Below are positions 57,592-64,000 of a stretch of DNA of 64,000 nt, one piece after another (the first letter of the stretch is position 1; each line of letters starts with the position of its first letter). The notes beneath the pieces were generated by a model. That model was not told the origin of the DNA. It ran no database searches and worked only from the letters and a program-made list of their open reading frames with translations. Made by a program: the position numbers and the translations under genes. Source of the DNA: a virus; IMG/VR virus record IMGVR_UViG_3300020195_000027, positions 2,818 to 66,817 of that record; one strand, 5' to 3'.

Positions 57592-58846
57592 TCTTTATCT
57601 CTCCGTTTTCTATGTAAATGGAATTAGCATCAGGGCCGTTCCCAACAATCTCTATCCAAACTTGAAAATCATTAGTCTCTGATATTTTCTCTATCTCTTT
57701 CATTGCATCATCATCTAATAGAGATCCGTTTTTAATCATAGCAACTCTGAGCCTTGGGTTCATTGCAATCGCTATAGAGAACGAAACCCTAATTTGCTCC
57801 GATGTGGATAACTGCGAAAATGGAATCCCATTAAAAGTAATCTCAGCGTCTCCGAATCCCAATCCTTCTATGGGCATCGTTGCGTTAGACAGCATTTCCC
57901 TTTTGCTTTCGTTTATTTCCTTGAGTGATTCATCCAATGAACTCCACTTGCTTCTAAGTTCGGTCACTTTAGATTCTGCGGCCCGCTTGTCTTGAAATCT
58001 TTTATAGTCGGCCTTTATTTTCTGATATTTTTCTACTTCAGAATCAAATCCACTAACGTCAATCTTTTCTTTTTGAGCCGTTTGTAAAAAATCTGCCTTA
58101 ACGACCCCTTGATTAGCTACTTCTTTTTGGATTGATTCCTTTTGGCTTTGGAGCTTGGCTATCTCATTGTTTATGTTAGAAATGTTCTTATTAAAGAAAT
58201 CTATTTTGGCTGTCACGGCACCGGCATCGGCCAATGCCTTGTCAATGTTTCTATTAATTTCCTGGGCGGCTTTTCTTTCTTCCCTGACCTTTCCTATGGC
58301 TTCGTCGGACGGGTGATCTACGGCCTCTATATCAGCGTATTGCGATAACATGGCCTTTGCTTGCTCTCCGTCCCTTCCGGTGTCCCTTCTTTGTTCGTAA
58401 AGCACCTTATGCTTTTCGTCAAGATCGGTGAAGTCTACTTTTGTAATCGCCCGAAGAGTTTTCAAACGCTTCCCAGGCTCCATAGTAGCAAACTCAAGGG
58501 GGTCAAAAGTAAGATCTCCTATGAGCTTGTCTAAGATGGTTTGAGCGTTAGTAACCTTTGCGCCGTCTTTGGTTTCCAACTTAAGATAGGACGCTAACGG
58601 GCTAGTCCACCATCTAGTTACTAAGTAATCGCCTAGATCGACGGTTATCCTAGCCTCCTCTTGACCTTCTCTGACTGGCTTTTCTGGAATTAGTTTAGCT
58701 CCGCCAAGGGCCATAGCTATAGCATCCATTGTTGAAGTCTTACCGTTTGCATTTTTGCCAGAAATAATCACTGAATTTCCGCTTGGTGTAATGTCCACCA
58801 CTTTTATTTTTTTAATATTTTCAACGTGTAGATTTAATATTTTCAT
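57575..58846 (-). CDS. SMC/Rad50-like ABC ATPase
   Basis: VENIKKI, Walker A GKNANGKTS, coiled coil, LSTSEQ signature, GSLLD. Confidence 0.88.
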   Translation of the reverse strand: MKILNLHVENIKKIKVVDITPSGNSVIISGKNANGKTSTMDAIAMALGGAKLIPEKPVREGQEEARITVDLGDYLVTRWWTSPLASYLKLETKDGAKVTNAQTILDKLIGDLTFDPLEFATMEPGKRLKTLRAITKVDFTDLDEKHKVLYEQRRDTGRDGEQAKAMLSQYADIEAVDHPSDEAIGKVREERKAAQEINRNIDKALADAGAVTAKIDFFNKNISNINNEIAKLQSQKESIQKEVANQGVVKADFLQTAQKEKIDVSGFDSEVEKYQKIKADYKRFQDKRAAESKVTELRSKWSSLDESLKEINESKREMLSNATMPIEGLGFGDAEITFNGIPFSQLSTSEQIRVSFSIAIAMNPRLRVAMIKNGSLLDDDAMKEIEKISETNDFQVWIEIVGNGPDANSIYIENGEIKSDKKN

Positions 58847-59106
58847 TTCTTTTCTCCTTGTAGCCTAATCCATGTGTTTTTATAAATATCTGCGTATTCT
58901 GCAGAAAGTCTTCTCTCTGTGGCTTTCCACGTCGCTGTTGTAGAAAAATATTTCCAATCATAGGAACCCCCTTTAAGTTTTAGGGGCAACCATTTGTGTT
59001 GATATAACCATTTCAAGTCTTTTTTGATCTTCTGCGACTTTATGTAAACAGTTTCCTTGCATTTTGTCCTCGCTTTTTTGCTGTTCCTAGCTCTTTTAAA
59101 ATACAT
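58843..59106 (-). CDS. Hypothetical basic protein
   Basis: Operonic; ATGA overlap. Confidence 0.45.
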   Translation of the reverse strand: MYFKRARNSKKARTKCKETVYIKSQKIKKDLKWLYQHKWLPLKLKGGSYDWKYFSTTATWKATERRLSAEYADIYKNTWIRLQGEKK

Positions 59107-59249
59107 TCATCCATTTTTTTATCAATAATACGCTCCCAAGCCTTGATGGTTAAAGGCTTGGGAGATGTAAAAAACTTTTTAATTTGCTTTCCGGTTTCGG
59201 GAATACTAAACTTAACAAATATCACCGAGGACTTAACTTGTCTTGCCAC
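59040..59249 (-). CDS. Hypothetical protein
   Basis: GGAGG RBS before a GTG start. Confidence 0.5.
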   Translation of the reverse strand: MARQVKSSVIFVKFSIPETGKQIKKFFTSPKPLTIKAWERIIDKKMDECILKELGTAKKRGQNARKLFT

Positions 59250-59290
59250 TTACCCTCCTAATAACCGTAAAAGAAATGTCAAAGCTATCC

Positions 59291-59491
59291 CTAAAAATTA
59301 TGAATACCAAGCAGCTCAACGGTTTCATCATGCGCACACACAGCCTCTTTTACCATCTTGTGAATTTTTTCAACTTCTGCTTGCTCTAGTATGCTCATGA
59401 GACAATCTAAATAAACCTGTCTTTCGGCACTACACCTTTCAATCATTCGTCTAAGCTCTGGGTTTTCATCATCTGTAAATGACTTATCCAT
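59291..59491 (-). CDS. Small hypothetical protein whose C-terminus duplicates part of the upstream gene
   Basis: DETVELLGIHNF versus DEIVELLGIHNS. Confidence 0.55.
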   Translation of the reverse strand: MDKSFTDDENPELRRMIERCSAERQVYLDCLMSILEQAEVEKIHKMVKEAVCAHDETVELLGIHNF

Positions 59492-59625
59492 TGTTCGCTC
59501 CTTTTAACTTTGCTAAAATTGCGCTCTTATCGTGATCCTCATCTGGAAAATTAAAAAAATCACCCCGCTTGGATTGCTTGTCTTTTATAGAATTATGAAT
59601 ACCAAGCAGCTCAACGATTTCATCA
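59296..59625. repeat. 35-bp direct repeat, 34/35 identical, at 59296-59330 and 59591-59625
   Basis: AATTATGAATACCAAGCAGCTCAACG(G/A)TTTCATCA. Confidence 0.9.
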
Positions 59626-60302
59626 ACCGTTGTAAGATCCATTTTGTGACCAAGCTTCTCTTCCATCATTTCTTGTGAAACTCCTAAGTCCTTAAAAGCC
59701 AATACCATTCTTTTAATTCTGTCTGAAATCGGCTCTCCCGTTCCCTTTGCAATTGTTAGCTTGCATTGGTTTACTGCGGCCTCCACAATATCGCCTGGGA
59801 TGACTCCTAGTATGCACGCTCTCATCCTGCGCGCTCCGTTGTTAGCAACTATTTCATACAAATCTCTGGGGTCGGTTAACCGTTTTTTTTGACCACCCTT
59901 TAACTGTATTTCGTGCGGAACTTCAAAAATCTTTACTTGTCTCACGTTTGTTTCGAGATCCAGACAATACGCTTCCGCAACACTCACTCCATTCCGCCGC
60001 TCAATTTCTTTAATTCCAAAATCTAGGTTCCCGTAGTTTTGAGCCAAGACTTCGGCCAATCTAATCGATGGACCGACGACCGTCGCACCACCCCTTGGGT
60101 ATCTATACATCGCCTGGCTTGCTAATGAAGACCGTTTACACGCCTCCATAATCCTTGTGTAAGCCTGATTAACGTCCCGCGGGAACTTCTTTGCTATCAC
60201 ATAGCCAGCCTGAACTTCCTGAATGGCTCTGATTTGTTCAACCGCAGCCATCACGGTTGTTTTTTGTTCAACCACTTCTAAATTTGTAAATTCTTCGCTC
60301 AT
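59484..60302 (-). CDS. Putative ssDNA-annealing recombinase partnering the RecE-like exonuclease
   Basis: AKKFPRD, GPSIRLAE.LAQ.YGN and ARRMRACIL..IP motifs; directly downstream of the exonuclease. Confidence 0.65.
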   Translation of the reverse strand: MSEEFTNLEVVEQKTTVMAAVEQIRAIQEVQAGYVIAKKFPRDVNQAYTRIMEACKRSSLASQAMYRYPRGGATVVGPSIRLAEVLAQNYGNLDFGIKEIERRNGVSVAEAYCLDLETNVRQVKIFEVPHEIQLKGGQKKRLTDPRDLYEIVANNGARRMRACILGVIPGDIVEAAVNQCKLTIAKGTGEPISDRIKRMVLAFKDLGVSQEMMEEKLGHKMDLTTVDEIVELLGIHNSIKDKQSKRGDFFNFPDEDHDKSAILAKLKGANNG

Positions 60303-61174
60303 AATCCCCCCGCGCTATTTGAGACAAACCACTGCGGAACAAAAATTCTCTCAGCCTCAACCTGTCTTTGTTGCCATTTATTTTGATCTATACACATTTT
60401 TAATTTGTCTAAACTCATTCTATAATCTGAGTGAGCTTGTCCTAAGTCCTCATCGAGAAAATAATACACCCCACACTCGTATGGTGGGTTTTTTTCAACA
60501 ACTACATGAACGTGGATGTCTGGTTTCTTTCCCGTTATGTATTTAATACCCTCAGAGTACATATACATTTGGAAGTCATATCTATAATCATAAGCCGAGC
60601 TTCCGTATTTTCTATTATCTGCCGACCTTGTAGATTTAAAATCTATCAACTTAGTTCCATCGAACGAAAGAAAGTCGGGCCGTATCTTTAATTTTATATT
60701 GGTTTCAGGATCAACAAAGAATCCCGATATTTCTGGCTTGCCGTCTCTTAAAAGAGAAGACGCATATTCGTGTTCCATTACGGACTCAACCACTCCCCTA
60801 ATCGTTTCTTTTTCTTTTTCTGTAACAACAATAGTTCCTGCTGGAAGGTCGTTTTTCCACTCGTCTCTTTTGTCTCTATTTTTAGAAGATCTAAAATCGC
60901 CGAAGTCAGGCATTTGGACATACTTGGATAAAAACTTCGATCCCTCTAGTACGGCAGAATGTAACATCGTTCCAATCTTCATGTCGTCCGTTGGCTCCTG
61001 ATATTCCCCAATGAAAAAATCGTGATAAAAAGCCTTTGGAGACGAGAGCATTTTCCTCAGACTGCTTGAGCCAACAAACCCTTTATTGACGTGATAGTCC
61101 GCATCGCTTAATCCCTCCACCCAATTTGGCTGGTAGTGCCCTTCTGATAATATTGATCTTGTGTTTGCGTCCAC
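60299..61174 (-). CDS. RecE/ExoVIII-like PD-(D/E)XK exonuclease (DUF3799-like)
   Basis: DYH....GSSSL, GTMLHSAVLE, PEIS, KIRPD, IDFKST and YDFQ..MY motifs. Confidence 0.88.
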   Translation of the reverse strand: MDANTRSILSEGHYQPNWVEGLSDADYHVNKGFVGSSSLRKMLSSPKAFYHDFFIGEYQEPTDDMKIGTMLHSAVLEGSKFLSKYVQMPDFGDFRSSKNRDKRDEWKNDLPAGTIVVTEKEKETIRGVVESVMEHEYASSLLRDGKPEISGFFVDPETNIKLKIRPDFLSFDGTKLIDFKSTRSADNRKYGSSAYDYRYDFQMYMYSEGIKYITGKKPDIHVHVVVEKNPPYECGVYYFLDEDLGQAHSDYRMSLDKLKMCIDQNKWQQRQVEAERIFVPQWFVSNSAGGL

Positions 61175-61265
61175 TGTTTCCTCCTTTTATTTTGTATCGT
61201 ATTTGCTACTTATTTGTTACATACAAAAAACAGAAATGAAACAAAAAAATTACAAGGAGGTTAAA

Positions 61266-61463
61266 ATGTTTAAGCTGTTTAATATAAAGACAAAAGAAGA
61301 TTTGAAAATGTTTGCGTCAATATTTTTTAGTGTTATTTTAATAATGTGGGTTTGTTATTTGTTCTTTGGGATGAAATCAAAAGTCGCTCTTTATGAAAAA
61401 ATGAACTCTGAAATAATAATGGTCGTTAAGGATCTCGTTAGGCCAGAGTGTCTGGTAAAATAA
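61266..61463 (+). CDS. Small membrane protein
   Basis: AAGGAGG RBS before the ATG; one transmembrane segment. Confidence 0.55.
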   Translation: MFKLFNIKTKEDLKMFASIFFSVILIMWVCYLFFGMKSKVALYEKMNSEIIMVVKDLVRPECLVK

Positions 61464-61464
61464 T

Positions 61465-61737
61465 ATGGTGAAGAAAAAAAGAATTGTAGATAAAAAACTG
61501 TTGCAGGAAGTTTCTCAACTCCCATGTCTTGTGTGTGGTCGTGGCCCATCGGACTCAGATCATTTAAAAACAAGAGGCGCGTATGGTGACGACACAGAAA
61601 ACAATGTGTGGTCATTATGCAGAAAACACCACGTTGAGAGACATAAGACTGGAATATTAACTTTTGTAAAAAAATATCCGACGTGTGAGTCTTGGCTTTT
61701 AAAGCATGGCCGAGAAGACATTTTGGACAAATTATGA
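61465..61737 (+). CDS. Small HNH-fold nuclease
   Basis: PCLVCG..PSDSDHLKTRGA.GDD...N...LCRKHHVERH. Confidence 0.8.
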   Translation: MVKKKRIVDKKLLQEVSQLPCLVCGRGPSDSDHLKTRGAYGDDTENNVWSLCRKHHVERHKTGILTFVKKYPTCESWLLKHGREDILDKL

Positions 61738-61777
61738 AAAAAAACAATTTGGCTAACTTAAGGTCAGGGGAGAAATT

Positions 61778-62161
61778 ATGGATTTAAACCGTGTGCAAAT
61801 TAAAGGGAAACTTGGTGCAGATCCCGAAGTCAAAACCACGAAAACTGGAAAGACTGTTTTAAATTTCAATGTTGCCACCGGACAAGAGTTTATAGATAAA
61901 AAAACAGGGGAAACACGGGGTTCTACAGAATGGGTCCGGGTTGTGTTTTGGTGTAACAAGCCAGAAAGTGCCGTTGGTTTAAAAAAGGGAACACAGGTTT
62001 ATTTAGAGGGAAAGCTCCAAACAGGAATGTGGCAAGATGACCAAGGAAAGAAAAACTATACCACCGAGGTAGTGATAAATAGCATAGATGTAATTCAGAA
62101 AAGACCATCGGCTTCTGAAGGCACAGAATATGTAAACCCTGCCGACGACATGCCGTTCTAA
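61778..62161 (+). CDS. ssb: Single-stranded DNA-binding protein
   Basis: LNRVQIKGKLGADPE, TEWVRVV and VYLEGKLQT motifs; acidic DDMPF tail. Confidence 0.95.
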   Translation: MDLNRVQIKGKLGADPEVKTTKTGKTVLNFNVATGQEFIDKKTGETRGSTEWVRVVFWCNKPESAVGLKKGTQVYLEGKLQTGMWQDDQGKKNYTTEVVINSIDVIQKRPSASEGTEYVNPADDMPF

Positions 62162-62382
62162 TGAATGTTCAGTTTCAAGACGAAAAATGTCTTATTATAT
62201 CCACTAAAGACTTGGTTGTCCCCCCGTTCATAGGAGCAGCCTTCGCTATTAGTGACGAGAAAAAGAAAAACACTCAGGTCTATAGAATCATAGATGTGAT
62301 ATTTGTAGATTACAGGCCCGTTGACTTCTATTTGGTTAAGATGCAATGGGTAGGAGAAGAACCATACTTAAGAATAGTATAA
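62161..62382 (+). CDS. Hypothetical protein
   Basis: Coupled to ssb by TAATG. Confidence 0.55.
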   Translation: MNVQFQDEKCLIISTKDLVVPPFIGAAFAISDEKKKNTQVYRIIDVIFVDYRPVDFYLVKMQWVGEEPYLRIV

Positions 62383-62392
62383 GGAGTAAATC

Positions 62393-62563
62393 ATGCCAGA
62401 AAAAATAATAACAAGAACGCCGCCAAAATTGTTAGTGCCAATTTATTTGGATCTTGAGGGGAACATAACGGGAACCACGTACGCTATCGATATTCTCGAT
62501 ATATGTAAGGATAACATTATATATATCGTGGACGCCGTCAAAGCTCTGGAATCTGGAATGTAG
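62393..62563 (+). CDS. Small hypothetical protein (56 aa), not in the ORF track
   Basis: AAGGAG RBS; MPEKIITRTPPK...ALESGM. Confidence 0.5.
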   Translation: MPEKIITRTPPKLLVPIYLDLEGNITGTTYAIDILDICKDNIIYIVDAVKALESGM

Positions 62564-62735
62564 GCCACGACTTAGAAACAAGGACCGGCCACCAACCGTC
62601 ATTAACAAAAGACTCAAGGGTAAAAGAAAACCCGTTTGATAGGTCGTATTTAATTCTATAAACCTGCGGGGACTTCGCCACCAAGTCCCTACAGGCTCTA
62701 AATGCTCTTATTCTGCTTATCTCTCTTGCAGCCAT
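62538..62735 (-). CDS. Hypothetical protein
   Basis: GAGG RBS; overlaps the upstream gene. Confidence 0.4.
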   Translation of the reverse strand: MAAREISRIRAFRACRDLVAKSPQVYRIKYDLSNGFSFTLESFVNDGWWPVLVSKSWPTFQIPEL

Positions 62736-62902
62736 GCCTCTATTGTCCTTTCTATAAACTCCCTAATTTTAAGGTTATTCTTTTTTAGTTTGATTTTGAA
62801 ACGTTCAGCCGTAACCGTGTCAACGTATACCATTATTGGGGTTTCCTGTTTTTCTACAGGCTTATCTCTGTTTAATAAAATGTTGCTAATTGGCTTTTTC
62901 AT
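62717..62902 (-). CDS. Ribbon-helix-helix-like DNA-binding protein
   Basis: PIMVYVD strand followed by two helices (AERFKIKL, IREFIERTIEAWL). Confidence 0.55.
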   Translation of the reverse strand: MKKPISNILLNRDKPVEKQETPIMVYVDTVTAERFKIKLKKNNLKIREFIERTIEAWLQER

Positions 62903-62944
62903 GATTCTAAATTTCCTTTAGTTGTTTTGTATTGTTTTGATTAG

Positions 62945-62980
62945 AGCATTAGACTAAGCCTACTGCTAGGGTCTAATGCT
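62945..62980. terminator. Intergenic hairpin
   Basis: AGCATTAGAC ... GTCTAATGCT, a 10-bp inverted repeat. Confidence 0.5.
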
Positions 62981-63043
62981 AAACCAATTTGAATCCTTCC
63001 ATGGACTAGCTTCATTGTAGCTGCCCACAAGAGTTTTTGTATC

Positions 63044-63265
63044 TCATTTTACACCTTTGTCTGAGTGTTTCGGGTACACTATGTAGCCCATTCCCATTTG
63101 GTCCCATTGGCATTTTATTTTTGTATTAGATAATACGTCTTGAATATCTTCAACTCTAACAGCAGGTCCCTCCCACATAAATCTACCTCTGTAATGGTCA
63201 ACTTTCATTCCTGCTCGCTCCATGTCTTGCACAAACTCTATACAATCTTTTTTTGAATATTTCAT
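63044..63265 (-). CDS. Hypothetical phage protein
   Basis: GGAGGT RBS; HYRGRF.WEGPAV...WDQMG.GYIVYP. Confidence 0.65.
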   Translation of the reverse strand: MKYSKKDCIEFVQDMERAGMKVDHYRGRFMWEGPAVRVEDIQDVLSNTKIKCQWDQMGMGYIVYPKHSDKGVK

Positions 63266-63369
63266 AAGTACCTCCTATTCTTCAAACATTTTTCCAGTTA
63301 TGTCCTCAATAGAACACATTGTTTTTAAAATTTCTTGAGCAAAATATCTTGCTGTGTCGTATCTTGCTA

Positions 63370-63573
63370 TCATAATACCTCCACAGTGGTACTTCCACTT
63401 TTTTGATGAAGCTCAAATTCAGTAAATCTTATTTCAGAAGTAAAAAGAAATTCTCCTGCATGGGTAAACCATTTGTTGTTGTCGTATTCATCTTGGTCTC
63501 CTCTTTGGTAGGCTTCTTTTATCAAAGCCCTTGCTTCTAGTTCGTTATGAACTGTTTGCTTTTTTTGATACAT
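63370..63573 (-). CDS. Small hypothetical protein, paralog A
   Basis: AAGGAG RBS; EYDNNKWFTHAGEFLFTSEIRFTEFELH...TVEVL. Confidence 0.6.
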   Translation of the reverse strand: MYQKKQTVHNELEARALIKEAYQRGDQDEYDNNKWFTHAGEFLFTSEIRFTEFELHQKSGSTTVEVL

Positions 63574-63643
63574 ATTATCTCCTTTGGCCTTCTGGCCTAT
63601 TAAATTTTTAATTAGGTTTTCAACCCCAGGCATATAAGTTTTT

Positions 63644-63805
63644 TCATAATACCTCCACAGTGATGCAGCCGCTGTAAGATCCGTCGGCTCTATTGGTATG
63701 AAGTTCAAATTCAGTGAGTCTTATTTCAGACCTAAAAAGAAATTCTCCACCATGAGTGAACCACTTGTTGTTATCATATTCACGCCCTTTCCTTATAAGT
63801 TCCAT
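63644..63805 (-). CDS. Small hypothetical protein, paralog B, not in the ORF track
   Basis: MELIRKGREYDNNKWFTHGGEFLFRSEIRLTEFELH...TVEVL. Confidence 0.5.
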   Translation of the reverse strand: MELIRKGREYDNNKWFTHGGEFLFRSEIRLTEFELHTNRADGSYSGCITVEVL

Positions 63806-64000
63806 CGGCATTGAACCAATAGTTAAAAGATTTTTCTATTTCCTCTGGAGTTCTGTCAAACAACTCTGGGAACGCCTTCATTACCTTCAAAGCCTCACAG
63901 TCCTCTTCGTACCATCCATTGTGATTAACTAACCCAACTGGCATTTTTGCTCTAAGAGCTTTCTTCACAAAGAATCCTCCATGCCCAGGAGTCCCGTAGA
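63780..64000 (-). CDS. Hypothetical phage protein, probably extends past the window edge
   Basis: WYEEDCE motif; the frame appears open upstream (TPGHGG). Confidence 0.5.
   Translation of the reverse strand, partial: YGTPGHGGFFVKKALRAKMPVGLVNHNGWYEEDCEALKVMKAFPELFDRTPEEIEKSFNYWFNADGTYKERA

Noticed and set aside
1-64000. Stop-codon reassignment, CRISPR arrays, tRNA or rRNA genes
   Set aside because: Genes tile densely under code 11 using all three stops. I saw no spaced repeat array or cloverleaf by eye; tRNAscan-SE would be needed to exclude tRNAs fully.

Overview
This window is about 64 kb of a tailed dsDNA phage, most likely siphovirus-like. It uses the standard genetic code, and I saw no integrase, tRNA or CRISPR array. 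Positions 1-40.6 kb hold a + strand virion operon: a giant portal-MuF fusion with an intein and a C-terminal zeta-toxin-like kinase, prohead protease, HK97-fold capsid, beta-rich accessory proteins, connector and tail genes, a frameshifted tail chaperone, tape measure, three Kelch-like paralogs, two glycosyltransferases, a tail hub, three collar-like paralogs and a CHAP endolysin. Positions 40.6-48.4 kb hold two sigma-like factors, a holin-like gene, RuvC and the large terminase. Positions 48.7-56.8 kb carry three apparently captured restriction-modification modules (two Mod-like methyltransferases and hsdM-hsdS), none with a restriction subunit. Positions 56.8-64 kb are early recombination genes (SMC-like ATPase, RecE/annealase pair, SSB, HNH proteins). 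The standout observation is that the MuF intein has no recognisable in-frame endonuclease; instead an HTH plus DUF559/Vsr-like endonuclease gene with its own RBS lies entirely on its antisense strand. All product calls come from motif recognition by eye, not from database searches.
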